Source of the DNA: an uncultured Candidatus Saccharibacteria bacterium
GTDB lineage: Bacteria > Patescibacteriota > Minisyncoccia > UBA6257 > 1-14-0-10-44-23
DNA: 64,000 nucleotides
Direction of reading: 5' to 3'
Assembly (NCBI GenBank): GCA_964549935.1
Contig: CAZJVT010000001.1
Span: 27,922 to 91,921 of the forward strand
Every line of letters begins with the position of its first letter. The first letter of the stretch is position 1. The notes beneath the pieces were generated by a model. That model did no database searches, was not told the origin of the DNA, and worked only from the letters and a program-made list of their open reading frames with translations. This document shows, in pieces, positions 18,148 through 29,294 of the stretch. Position numbers and translations under genes: made by a program.

Positions 18148-18852
18148 TTAGGAAGTTGTTTTATTTGCGGCGAACTGCTTGGTAATGCTCATCTGTTGGA
18201 AGATAGAGAAAATCGCGGTTGTCGTCAAGTACAACCCGATAGCCGCAGGCAGCTTGAACTGAAACATCACGTACGCGGTCATCACGGGGGCCAGGTAGGC
18301 CATATACTTCGTACTGGCATTTTGCTTGCCGCCGCGCGAACTCGTCTGCTTCACCATCATGTAGCTCTGGAGAAAGCTAAAAATAACGGTGATTGCGATA
18401 ATCACATAGTTCATTTTAGTAACATCGACGAGGCCAAGGAACATCGGGTTGATGGTCGCTGGGGGAGTGATGAACGAGTAAAGGTCTACAAGCGCCGCTG
18501 CGGTGATGCCTGTTAAGAAAATCCTGTACACCGCGAAAAGGATTGGCAGCTGCGCGAAGTTAAAGAAAATGGAAGAGAACGGGTTTGTCCCGTACTTCTT
18601 ATACATCGCCATCATCATCTCCGCCTGCTTGGCCTTGTCATCTTTATAGTCCTTTTGGATGCGCTGCATCTCCGGCTGCATCTGCTGCATCAACATCTGG
18701 CTCTTGAGTCCTTTATAAAAAATTGGATACAGGATGAAACGAATCGCAAGCGTCAGGGCGATAATTGCGATTCCAAGATCGCCGAAGCTAACATACTTAT
18801 AAGAAAGAACGAGGAGATTAAACAGCGGCTGGGTGATGAGTGTATGGAACAT
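18148..18852 (-). CDS. yidC: Membrane protein insertase YidC
   Basis: GIAIIALTLAIRFILYP, QPEMQRIQKDYK, NPFS, PAAIGLY; conserved synteny. Confidence 0.92.
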   Translation of the reverse strand: MFHTLITQPLFNLLVLSYKYVSFGDLGIAIIALTLAIRFILYPIFYKGLKSQMLMQQMQPEMQRIQKDYKDDKAKQAEMMMAMYKKYGTNPFSSIFFNFAQLPILFAVYRIFLTGITAAALVDLYSFITPPATINPMFLGLVDVTKMNYVIIAITVIFSFLQSYMMVKQTSSRGGKQNASTKYMAYLAPVMTAYVMFQFKLPAAIGLYLTTTAIFSIFQQMSITKQFAANKTTS

Positions 18853-18855
18853 ATA

Positions 18856-19176
18856 TTAGGAGGGGATGCGTAAAAGGGAGCGTAATTCCTCAAGGATACC
18901 ATGAGCGGCTGCGTCGCGCGCAGCCCCTTGAACCGTAATAACAACATCAACTGCAGGTTGGGTTAGAATACGCTGTTTGAGGGCCGTATACAAGAGGCGG
19001 CGTAGCGCGTTGCGCTTGGTGGCAAGCTTGATAGCGGAGGCTCCAATAACGACCGCAAACCGGCTATATGAGTACTTCGCCGGTAAAACTTTGATAGTAA
19101 AATACCGGCCTCGCATCAGCGTGCCCCTTACTCGCAGCACTGACTGAACGTTAAGCCGGTATTTCTTTGCAAGCAT
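18856..19176 (-). CDS. rnpA: RNase P protein component
   Basis: MLAKKYRL, RFAVVI, ATKRNALRR; between rpmH and yidC. Confidence 0.88.
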   Translation of the reverse strand: MLAKKYRLNVQSVLRVRGTLMRGRYFTIKVLPAKYSYSRFAVVIGASAIKLATKRNALRRLLYTALKQRILTQPAVDVVITVQGAARDAAAHGILEELRSLLRIPS

Positions 19177-19191
19177 GTGATAAATCGCAGA

Positions 19192-19326
19192 CTAGACGGT
19201 AAGCTTCTTGCGACCCTTACGGCGGCGAGCCTTGAGAACGCGCTTTCCATAGATCGTACGACTGCGCTTTAAGAAGCCATGGGTTCGTGCGCGCTTCTTC
19301 TTTTTAGGCTGGTAGGTTTTACTCAT
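19192..19326 (-). CDS. rpmH: 50S ribosomal protein L34
   Basis: [21 protein letters not shown]...[11 protein letters not shown]. Confidence 0.97.
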   Translation of the reverse strand: MSKTYQPKKKKRARTHGFLKRSRTIYGKRVLKARRRKGRKKLTV

Positions 19327-19403
19327 ATATTTGTTTCGTTCTATGGTACAAGAAAAAAAATAAAATTGCAAGGGCTTGTTATAAAAAAACAACTCGACTA
19401 TAG

Positions 19404-19423
19404 TTATGCACACCTCGTCCACA
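19404..19423. promoter_or_regulatory. DnaA-box-like pair upstream of dnaA
   Basis: TTATGCACA (19404-19412) and TCGTCCACA (19415-19423), each close to TTATCCACA. Confidence 0.55.
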
Positions 19424-19503
19424 GATTATGCAAGAAAGGGAGTTTGACGGGACCCGCAGTGCAACTAGAATTAAGTTTAAATAAATTCGCTCCTCTATTT
19501 CTT

Positions 19504-20928
19504 ATGAATTACAACGACGACGCACTCGTACAAGCAACTGTTTCTTCGCACAACGAAGAACCGATGGACGATGCATCGCTCGAACGCTTGTGGCTGTCGG
19601 CTCTTGGAGAGATTGAGATTCAGGTTTCACGACCCAACTTTGTAACCTGGTTTAAAAACAGCCGCTTCCTGCAGAAAAAGGGGAACCTGGCTTGCGTCGG
19701 ACTACCGAACACCTTTGCGAAAGAATGGATTGAAAACAAGTATTCGAAAGTAGTCCTTGGGGCTTTGCGCAACCTGGAGCAGAGCATTATGAAGGTTGAG
19801 TTCGTCGTCGTCGGAAGCAAGGGGGCGCCGGTTAAGGCCCGCCCGGCTATGCCGCGCGCAGAGGAGAGCCAGATGGCCTTCCCGGAGTTCCGTATCGACC
19901 CGGAAACGGGACTTAACCCGCGCTACTCATTTAAATCCTACGTCGTCGGCAAATCCAACGAGCTCGCCTACGCTGCAGCAACGGCCATCGTCGAAGACAT
20001 CGGCAAGAAATACAATCCGCTCTTTATTTATGGCGGCGTCGGCCTCGGCAAGACCCACTTGATGCAGGCGCTCGGTAACGAAATCGCTGCGAAGTACAAC
20101 AACAAGGTCCGTGTGAAGTACACCCCGGCGGAAAAGTTCACCAACGACGTCATCTGGGCAATTAAAAACAAGCGGATGGACACGATTAAGGAGAAGTACC
20201 GCCTTATCGACGTGTTGATTCTCGATGATATCCAGTTCATCGCCGGCAAACAGGCGACCGAAGAGGAGTTCTTCCACACGTTTAACGCGCTGCACGAAAA
20301 CAACAAGCAAATCATCATCTCGTCAGACCGCCCGCCGAAATTTATGCCGGATCTGACCGAGCGCCTACGCTCCCGCTTCGAAGGGGGCATGATTGTGGAT
20401 ATTAGTTATCCAGACTACGAACTCCGCTACGCGGTTCTCAAGACCAAGGCCCAGGAGCGCAACTTGAACCTCCCGGACAACGTCTTCGACCTGCTCGCCA
20501 ACAAGATTCAGCGCAGCCTGCGCGAACTAGAGGGCATCTTAAACAAGATCCAATTCCACCAGCGGGTGAAACAGGTTGAGATAAACCCTGCTGTTGTCGA
20601 AGAGATCCTGGCTGAGATCCTCCAGGAGCCTGTCCGCAGCATCAACCCGAACGTTGTCATCAAGGCCGTAGCGGACTCGTTCGAAATCTCAATCGTCGAA
20701 ATAACCGGCGCTTCCCGCAAGCGGGAATTAGTTGGTCCGCGCCAGATTGCGATGTTTTTGCTCCGCGACATGCTGGATCTTTCATACCCAAATATCGGTG
20801 ACCGCATGGGTAAACGCGACCACACCACGGCTTTGTACGCCTACGAAAAGATTGCGCAGGAGATAAATAAGAACCAAGCGCTCAACCAAAAGATATTAAC
20901 AATCAAGGAGTTAATAACTAAAGAATAA
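19504..20928 (+). CDS. dnaA: Chromosomal replication initiator DnaA
   Basis: YNPLFIYGGVGLGKTHL, LDDIQFIAGK, QEEFFHTFN-like, RLRSRFEGG, RDHTT. Confidence 0.98.
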   Translation: MNYNDDALVQATVSSHNEEPMDDASLERLWLSALGEIEIQVSRPNFVTWFKNSRFLQKKGNLACVGLPNTFAKEWIENKYSKVVLGALRNLEQSIMKVEFVVVGSKGAPVKARPAMPRAEESQMAFPEFRIDPETGLNPRYSFKSYVVGKSNELAYAAATAIVEDIGKKYNPLFIYGGVGLGKTHLMQALGNEIAAKYNNKVRVKYTPAEKFTNDVIWAIKNKRMDTIKEKYRLIDVLILDDIQFIAGKQATEEEFFHTFNALHENNKQIIISSDRPPKFMPDLTERLRSRFEGGMIVDISYPDYELRYAVLKTKAQERNLNLPDNVFDLLANKIQRSLRELEGILNKIQFHQRVKQVEINPAVVEEILAEILQEPVRSINPNVVIKAVADSFEISIVEITGASRKRELVGPRQIAMFLLRDMLDLSYPNIGDRMGKRDHTTALYAYEKIAQEINKNQALNQKILTIKELITKE

Positions 20929-21144
20929 GTGTTAATAAGTAGGTCTCGCCTGTGGATAGAAAAGGGGAGTAAAAAGAAAAGTAGAATTCATCCACATTAT
21001 TACTCACGTAGTTCACTTCTCTCTCCACAGAAAATTTCCCTTGTGAGAATCCTAAGAAGCGCCGTATAATCAAGTAAGAAGAACTCTCAGTAAAACTTAT
21101 CCACCAATTCCACAGCCTCTTCTATTACTACTGTTTCTTTATTT
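20929..21144. other. Probable replication origin oriC
   Basis: dnaA-dnaN spacer with several DnaA-box-like 9-mers (TGTGGATAG 20951, TCATCCACA, CTCTCCACA, TTATCCACC 21097, AATTCCACA 21106), then GCC, trio-like repeats and an AT-rich tract. Confidence 0.8.
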
Positions 21145-22257
21145 ATGAAATTAATAATACTTAGGAGCAACCTGAAAGAAGTACTCTCGTCTGTGGAAAG
21201 AGTGGCTACCGACAACCCGACACTACCGGTTTTAAAGCATGTTGTTTTACGAGTTGATACTCGACTGACGATTCAGGCGACGAACTTAGAGATTGGGATT
21301 ACGGCGGTCACAAGTGCAAAAATTACTGAACAGGGTAGCTTGTCGGTGCCGTTTGCGCCGCTCTATAGCATTATTACTAACAGCACGAGCGATCGTATCG
21401 TGCTCGAATCAACCGAAAACACGCTCACTGTCGCGACGGATAACTATCAGGCGAAGATTCAGGGGATGTCTGCGGATGAGTTTCCGATCATTCCGAAGCT
21501 TCAAGACGAGTCTAATAGTATCGAGGTTTCAACTGATTCATTTAAGACTGCACTGATGCAGATTATTAGTGCCGCCGCCACCAACGACTTCAAGCCAGAG
21601 CTAAATGCGGTTCTTTTACATCTTTCTGCCGGTGTTTTAAAGCTTGTAGCGACTGACGGATTCCGCCTAGCCGAGAAGACATTTTCGACTAATGCTTTCG
21701 GCACGACAATCCACGACGAAGTGAAGGCACTTATCCCTCTTAAAACGGTCCAGGAGGTGATGAGAATCTTCCCAGCGGGCGAACAGCTCTCAATCGCGTT
21801 CGACGCGAACCAGGTCCTTTTAAAGGCCAAAGACACCGCCCTTATCAGCCGCCTCATCGACGGCAACTATCCGGAGTACGCCGCGATTATTCCGAAGACG
21901 CTCACAACCGAACTTTCTATCGAGCGCGACCAACTTGCCAATGCGATTAAGCTCGTGAGTAACTTTTCCGGCAAAACGAGCGACATCGTCGCCAAGATTA
22001 ATGACGAAGCTAAGTCACTGGAGATTTTTGCCTCCAGCCAACTACTCGGCGAAAACGCCTACCAGGTTCCTATTAAGAAAAAGAAGCTTGAGGGTATTAG
22101 CAAGGCGACGTTTAACTGGAAGTATCTACTCGACGCCGTTAAGGCGATGCCGGATCCGACCATTACCATTGGTATGACAGGGGAGACCCGCCCGGTAGTG
22201 ATTAAGTCCGGCGGCGACGATTCGATTTTCTACGTGGTGATGCCGATACAAGCTTAA
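21145..22257 (+). CDS. dnaN: DNA polymerase III beta clamp
   Basis: ATNLEIGI, EFPIIP, VATDGFRLAE, SRLIDGNYPEY, VVMPI. Confidence 0.97.
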   Translation: MKLIILRSNLKEVLSSVERVATDNPTLPVLKHVVLRVDTRLTIQATNLEIGITAVTSAKITEQGSLSVPFAPLYSIITNSTSDRIVLESTENTLTVATDNYQAKIQGMSADEFPIIPKLQDESNSIEVSTDSFKTALMQIISAAATNDFKPELNAVLLHLSAGVLKLVATDGFRLAEKTFSTNAFGTTIHDEVKALIPLKTVQEVMRIFPAGEQLSIAFDANQVLLKAKDTALISRLIDGNYPEYAAIIPKTLTTELSIERDQLANAIKLVSNFSGKTSDIVAKINDEAKSLEIFASSQLLGENAYQVPIKKKKLEGISKATFNWKYLLDAVKAMPDPTITIGMTGETRPVVIKSGGDDSIFYVVMPIQA

Positions 22258-22261
22258 GGGC

Positions 22262-24739
22262 TTAGCGGTACATAATCACCTCGCTTTGGATGAGGCCACC
22301 GGTCGTTTCCGTGGCGACGAGCCTTACGGTGTTTTGTGGCTGCGCATTGCTGACTGCGAGAGAGGCCTGATAGTGGTAGGAGTTGCCGAGAGTGCCGACG
22401 CGCGTGTCGATGAGGGCGTTATTAAAGTACACTTCGAGTTTCGCAACGCCGCGGTCAGAGGAGAGGATGGCGTCGATAGGAAGCTGCGAGCCGCGCAGGA
22501 AGTCGCCAGCTTTTGGCGCGGAGATAACAATGATGCCGCTACCGATCTGGCCGTTTGGCGTTGAGGTTGCGTCGGTAAGCTGCGTGGTGTCGACAAGCGT
22601 GGCGCCCGGCGGGATAGGAGCGTTAGCGGTAACGCCAGGCTGGAAACCCGGAATCGAAGAAGCTGCCCACGCCAGCACGCCCGTTTCCCAGTTGTTAAAC
22701 TGTGGGTCATTTTCCGGATGCGCGGGGAGCGGGCCAAGCGGGTTGCGTTTGTCGACGTAGTACAAAATATCGTGGAGCTGGGGGTAGAGCTGCGAGCCAA
22801 GCTGGTAGAAGGCGAGGTGGTTCCCGTTAAGCATCGGCTTACTGACCACGACCGGCGCCGGCGGGTTAAAGCTCTCGCTCGGGCGAAGCGGCAGAGCATC
22901 GCGCAGGAAGGCGCTTAAAATTGGCACAGCGGCCAAGATACTGCCACCTTTGCGCTCCATCGGCACATTGTCGTTGTTGCCCGCCCAGACACCGGCGACG
23001 AGGTTCGGAGTGTAGCCGATGGACCAGGCGTCACGGTAGTCATTAGTCGTACCGGTTTTGAGCGCGACGTCGTAGCCTTCGAAGGTCGTTAAATTGAGAC
23101 TGGCCTGGAAGAGCGGAGAACGGGCCTTGGCGTCAGCGAGAATGTCGTTGATGGTGCGGACGGGCTCTGAGTCGACTATCGGCTCGGCCTTGTCCTGGTA
23201 ACTTTCGAGTACCCGGCCCTTTTGGTCGGTCACCGAAAGGATTGTTTGCGCCTCGTGTTTCACGCCGTCCTGCGCCAAAATACTGTAGGCACCGACGAGC
23301 TCGTCGAGGTGGACCTCGCCACCTCCGAGGACGAGCGAGAGACCAAAGCGGCTGCGGTCATTCAGCGTGGTGATACCGTAGGACTGGAGTTGGTCTAAGA
23401 AGTTGTTGATGCCGACGAGGTAGAGCGTCTTAACGGCCGAGATGTTGATTGACTGAGCGAGCGAGTCACGGAAATTAATCGGTCCGTTAAATGAGCCCTC
23501 GTAGTCCTGCGGGCGGTAGCTCTTAGTCGGGTCGTTGGTTGTGTTGAACTCCGTATCAACGTCAAAAAGTACGGTTGACTCTGGATAGCCAAGCTCGAGG
23601 GCGGCGAGGTAGACGAAGGGCTTGAGGGCTGAACCCGGTTGACGAGCGCCCTGCGTCGCGACGTTAAACTGACCGTCAATTTGTTTGTCGAAGTAGTTGC
23701 GACTGCCAACCATCGCCAGGATTTGTCCAGTCTTTGGGTCCTCGACGACCATCGCGGCGTTAGTACCTTTGTAGAGTTCCGTGTTGCGCGCAGCTCCGGC
23801 AGCGACGGCTTTTTCTGCCGCAGTCTGCAGGTCGACGTCGAGCGTGGTGATTACCTTAAGTCCGGCACGGCGGACAAAGTCCTCGCCGTAGGTCGCCTCG
23901 AGTTGATCTTTGATGCCGAAAACAAAGTGCGGGGCGATGCCGAGGTTGCTAAGCTGCGTGAACTGTAGCTTAGCTTTCTGGGCCGTCTGCATCTGTTCGA
24001 GCGTGATGTAGCCCTGCTGCTCCATGCGCGTGAGCGCCAGGTCTTTGCGTGCCAGCAGCTCCTTCACATGGTTGCCAAACGGGGAGTAGTAGCTCGGTGC
24101 GTTTGGGACTGCCGCAAGAAGGGCGGACTCGGCGAGGGTTAAATCTTTGGCGGATTTCTGAAAGTAGGTTTGCGCGGCTGATTCAATGCCGTAGGCGTTG
24201 CTGCCATAAGGGATTTGGTTAAGATACAGCTCGAGGATCTGGTCCTTCGTAAAGGCCTGCTCAAGCTTGTAGGCGATCAAAAGTTCTTTTAGTTTGCGGG
24301 TGAAGGTGCGCTCGTCCGACAAGAAAGCTTTCTTGGCGAGCTGCTGGGTAATGGTCGAACCGCCCTGTGAGAGGCTGCCGCTTCTTAGGTTGATAAGGAC
24401 GGCGCGCAGCAGCGCATTAAAGTCGAGCGCGGAGTGTTTATAAAACTCACCGTCTTCAAGGGCGATAGTGGCCTGCTTGACGCTGGCCGGGATTTCTTCA
24501 AATGGTACGACGGTGCGCTTTTCTTCTCCGTAGATTTCGTACAGCAACTTAGTCCCGGTGCGGTCGTAGATCTTGGTCGACTGGCTGACCTCTCGGTTTT
24601 GGAGTAGCGTGAGCGAGGGGAGCTGCGAAAAGGCGCTGGCGACAAAAAGCGCCCCGGCTATTGCGCAAAGGACGGCTGCGGCGAAAAGGGTCCAGAAAAT
24701 GTGCTTAAAACGAAGGCGTTTGAGGCGGTGCATAATCAC
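22262..24739 (-). CDS. Class A penicillin-binding protein (transglycosylase-transpeptidase) with C-terminal Ig-like domain
   Basis: ALEDGEFY, QGGSTITQQLAK, RKLKE, YLNQIPYG; SALK (SxxK), SIN (SxN), KTG. Confidence 0.93.
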   Translation of the reverse strand: MIMHRLKRLRFKHIFWTLFAAAVLCAIAGALFVASAFSQLPSLTLLQNREVSQSTKIYDRTGTKLLYEIYGEEKRTVVPFEEIPASVKQATIALEDGEFYKHSALDFNALLRAVLINLRSGSLSQGGSTITQQLAKKAFLSDERTFTRKLKELLIAYKLEQAFTKDQILELYLNQIPYGSNAYGIESAAQTYFQKSAKDLTLAESALLAAVPNAPSYYSPFGNHVKELLARKDLALTRMEQQGYITLEQMQTAQKAKLQFTQLSNLGIAPHFVFGIKDQLEATYGEDFVRRAGLKVITTLDVDLQTAAEKAVAAGAARNTELYKGTNAAMVVEDPKTGQILAMVGSRNYFDKQIDGQFNVATQGARQPGSALKPFVYLAALELGYPESTVLFDVDTEFNTTNDPTKSYRPQDYEGSFNGPINFRDSLAQSINISAVKTLYLVGINNFLDQLQSYGITTLNDRSRFGLSLVLGGGEVHLDELVGAYSILAQDGVKHEAQTILSVTDQKGRVLESYQDKAEPIVDSEPVRTINDILADAKARSPLFQASLNLTTFEGYDVALKTGTTNDYRDAWSIGYTPNLVAGVWAGNNDNVPMERKGGSILAAVPILSAFLRDALPLRPSESFNPPAPVVVSKPMLNGNHLAFYQLGSQLYPQLHDILYYVDKRNPLGPLPAHPENDPQFNNWETGVLAWAASSIPGFQPGVTANAPIPPGATLVDTTQLTDATSTPNGQIGSGIIVISAPKAGDFLRGSQLPIDAILSSDRGVAKLEVYFNNALIDTRVGTLGNSYHYQASLAVSNAQPQNTVRLVATETTGGLIQSEVIMYR

Positions 24740-24765
24740 CGTATTCTACAACAAAACCGGCAAAT

Positions 24766-24793
24766 TATAAAGCCCCTCGGTAGGGGCTTTATA
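24766..24793. terminator. Palindromic intrinsic terminator
   Basis: TATAAAGCCCCT-CGGT-AGGGGCTTTATA downstream of the acidic small ORF. Confidence 0.75.
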
Positions 24794-24809
24794 TGAGGCT
24801 CTAAAGAGT

Positions 24810-25013
24810 TTACTCTGACTCGACTTCGCTATCGTCGTCACTCAATTTGTCGTCTTCGTCATCGTCATCATCACCCTCAATACTGAAGCCATCCAAGTCC
24901 TCCGAATCGTCATCATCGTCGACGAGGTCATCCTCATCGTCATCGTTATTGCCGGCTGCTACTGCGAGGTTGGCTTTCTTGATGAGGTCTAAGTCAGCTG
25001 CTAATGCTTTCAT
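24810..25013 (-). CDS. Small, extremely acidic hypothetical protein
   Basis: MKALAADLDL... followed by a D/E tract; upstream TATAAT and downstream terminator. Confidence 0.6.
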   Translation of the reverse strand: MKALAADLDLIKKANLAVAAGNNDDDEDDLVDDDDDSEDLDGFSIEGDDDDDEDDKLSDDDSEVESE

Positions 25014-25113
25014 AGTCTTTTTGATAATAGTGAATTTGAATACCACCATTATAGTAATCAAGACCCATGTGTCAACCCACGAAAGGCGATGGGCGTGTGG
25101 AAAACTATTTTAA

Positions 25114-25599
25114 CTATCTCCCAAGGCCGGCAAGTTTGACCTGGTTTGAGGTCGTTATCGCAATCGCCAGAGCGTCGACGGCGTTGTCGTCACCATCAAT
25201 ATCGCTGAGGTTGAGTAGGCGCAGCACCATTTTGCGGATCATTTCTTTGTCGGCCGCGCCGTAGTTGGTAATCGCAACTTTGACCTCCGCCGGAGTGAAC
25301 TCCATGATGGGAAGTCTCTGTTCGAGCAGGGTTACGATGATGACGCCGCGGGCCTGAGCGACCTCAAGCGCCGTTTTTTTGTTCGCCGCAAAAAATAATT
25401 TCTCCACGCCGCAGAGATCCGGTTTGTACTTTTTGACAATGGCCTGCGTTTCTTTTTGAATGAGAGCTAATTTGCCCAGCAGGTCCTTGGCTTTGATTTT
25501 TGTCGTGCCGTAGATGATCGATTTGAGTGAGCTACCCTCCGCTTCAATAACCGCGTAGCCCATCGAGGTCGAGCCGGGATCAATTCCTAAAATGCGCAT
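25114..25599 (-). CDS. ruvC: Holliday junction resolvase RuvC
   Basis: ILGIDPG, VEKLFF, VAQARGV, DNAVDALAIA. Confidence 0.95.
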   Translation of the reverse strand: MRILGIDPGSTSMGYAVIEAEGSSLKSIIYGTTKIKAKDLLGKLALIQKETQAIVKKYKPDLCGVEKLFFAANKKTALEVAQARGVIIVTLLEQRLPIMEFTPAEVKVAITNYGAADKEMIRKMVLRLLNLSDIDGDDNAVDALAIAITTSNQVKLAGLGR

Positions 25600-25602
25600 A
25601 CG

Positions 25603-26151
25603 TTAGAGCGCGTTAGTCGCGACACGTTGGACGTCGTCGTGTTCTTCGAGGCCGGCGATGATGGTTGCGAGCAGTTCTTTTGCCTCCGCAGAAATTTCTT
25701 GCGGGAACTTCGGCTTGTAGTGGCGAGTTGGTACACCATTGATTGGACCTTCGACAAACTCAAATCCCCAAAGCGTGCTGCCCGGGTCCGCCGACTTCGC
25801 GCCGAGCTCCTCGGCGAGGGTGCGCATCTGCTGCAGCGTGCGGTTGCTACTGTCAGTGATACCCTCGACGATCATCAGCGAGCCCTCCGGGCCGATACAC
25901 TCGAATACAAATTCTTTTAAATCTTTTTGTTCTTTGGCGCGGCTGATGGCGCGCTGGATATTTTCATTCGGGACCGAAGAGGCCTTGGCGGTTTCAATCA
26001 GCGTGCGCAGGCGGGGATTGGTTTCGGGACTCGGGTCGGCCTTGGCGGCGATAGAAATTGCGCCAAGAACTTTCGTAAAAATCGCGCTCTTTTTAGCGTC
26101 TTTGGCTCCTTTTTGATGTTTTATTTGACTCCACTTATTATGCCCGCTCAT
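25603..26151 (-). CDS. yebC: YebC/PmpR-family protein (short form)
   Basis: MSGHNKWSQIKHQK, NPRLR, LEEHDDVQRVATN. Confidence 0.92.
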   Translation of the reverse strand: MSGHNKWSQIKHQKGAKDAKKSAIFTKVLGAISIAAKADPSPETNPRLRTLIETAKASSVPNENIQRAISRAKEQKDLKEFVFECIGPEGSLMIVEGITDSSNRTLQQMRTLAEELGAKSADPGSTLWGFEFVEGPINGVPTRHYKPKFPQEISAEAKELLATIIAGLEEHDDVQRVATNAL

Positions 26152-26621
26152 GAGGTTGTAAATAAAACTATCTTTTTGTGGGGGACAAGCTCCTTGCCGT
26201 CGCGATAACAGACCTCTATGACGTACGCAGCGAGTGAGTGCGAGCCAACGGTGATCGCTTCTGCGAGAGGAGCGAGGCGACGGACGCGGATGAGGCCGTC
26301 CGGCAGCGTATCCATTCGAAGCTTGAGTTGGTCCACCTTGTCTAAAATACTTTCTGCCGCTTCGTCGTAAAGATACTCTGGCGCGCTGCTGCTTCGTTCC
26401 GGTGCGACGACTCCGAGCGCAGCGTACATTTCATGAAGCGGGACAGAGACTGAGCTTGGGCCGTTTTTAAAGGTCAGTGTCTCAGGCTCGCCGGCATCAG
26501 TTCTTGAAATGGCAAAGCCTGCGGACTTGCCCTCCCGCAACTTCAGAAGAATCTTTGTCTTAATAACTTCCGCCACGCCGCTGACGCGCTCAGGTTTGCG
26601 GAACTCTCTTTCGATTGCCAT
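26148..26621 (-). CDS. Hypothetical protein
   Basis: 157-aa ORF whose stop overlaps the yebC start. Confidence 0.55.
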   Translation of the reverse strand: MAIEREFRKPERVSGVAEVIKTKILLKLREGKSAGFAISRTDAGEPETLTFKNGPSSVSVPLHEMYAALGVVAPERSSSAPEYLYDEAAESILDKVDQLKLRMDTLPDGLIRVRRLAPLAEAITVGSHSLAAYVIEVCYRDGKELVPHKKIVLFTTS

Positions 26622-26692
26622 AGGTTCATTATTTCGTAGCTGGGGCCAAAGTCAATGATGCTGAGTTTCTCTGCTATTATTAGAGTAATCAG

Positions 26693-28384
<1,692 letters not shown>

Positions 28385-28819
28385 TTAGTAGACAGTAGAT
28401 AGTAGACAGCATGGGGCGGGGGCAAGCTGATAAAAAGCAGGAGAGTTTTTGTAATGAAATAAAAGGTAGCTCGGCTTTTTTCCTAGGGAGTAGCGAAAGA
28501 TGCCTCCAGGCGTCGAGTCTGGTGCTCTTCTGATGTTCTATGAAGCCCTGAAGACCGGAGCGGGAGCTCCGCAGTTCAGAGAGCTAGAATTTTTTAATAG
28601 AATATAAAAAGCCGCGCGGATTAACCTCTGTGCGGCCTCCCTACAAATAGAAACAACAATTAGGAGTTAGGAGGCAGGAGAAGTAGCAGCAAGGCAAAGG
28701 CATTTCGGGCGCTCTATAAGCTATCCACAGGTTATCCAGTGTGGTGCTTTGACATATTTTCCGCGTGATATACTAATTTCACGTTTTGATGACCTCTACC
28801 ATTATAGAGGTAGGGGGGC

Positions 28820-28848
28820 TTGACAAATAGGTAGATTGGTGCTATACT
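28820..28848 (+). promoter_or_regulatory. Near-consensus sigma70 promoter
   Basis: TTGACA-17 nt-TATACT with an extended -10 TG; a second TG-a-TATACT at 28766-28774. Confidence 0.8.
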
Positions 28849-28854
28849 GTATCT

Positions 28855-29250
28855 TAGAAGGGGTGCGCTACGTACCCTTACTACTTTGTTCTTTTAAAAC
28901 CGCATAGTAGTGGGCAAAATGGAATGACCCGTTGAATTGGACGACTTGGCTCCGGCTGGGGCGCTCCTCAACTTTATTCTTGGTTTCTTTTTAGATTTTC
29001 TAAGAAAGAACTTTTTATCAGTTTCCTCCCCAGGTGCTGATTTTGCCCACTACTATGCGGTTTTGCATTTGCGAGGGCCTTCGCAGAGATGCTCGAATTT
29101 CTCAAGAACGGCAGGGGAACCTTTTACTGCCGTCTATGAGAAATTCGGGCATCTTCGATTTTTGCGCAAATGCAAAACCGAAGTCGTAGCGGTTCTGCGA
29201 TTGCGCTATCGGCGCAGCGCGGAAGGTAGCCGCCTTTGGCGGCTTTTTAT
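28855..29250 (+). ncRNA. Putative novel structured non-coding RNA
   Basis: Promoter upstream; perfect 25-bp IR (28896-28920/29040-29064), 16-bp IR (29058-29073/29165-29180), inner 18-bp hairpin, terminator; no credible ORF. Confidence 0.55.
29228..29250 (+). terminator. Intrinsic terminator
   Basis: AGCCGCC-TTT-GGCGGCT followed by TTTTAT. Confidence 0.8.
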
Positions 29251-29294
29251 ATTTGGTGCTTTTGGGAGAGAAGCTATATACTCAAGTTACGAAT

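Noticed and set aside
28921-29039. 5S rRNA (enclosed segment is 119 nt)
   Set aside because: Lacks the conserved 5S motifs such as CCGAAC and the terminal helix
28855-29250. Retron msr-msd, RNase P RNA or SRP RNA
   Set aside because: No reverse transcriptase in the window, no GAGGAAAGTCC RNase P motif, no convincing SRP domain IV
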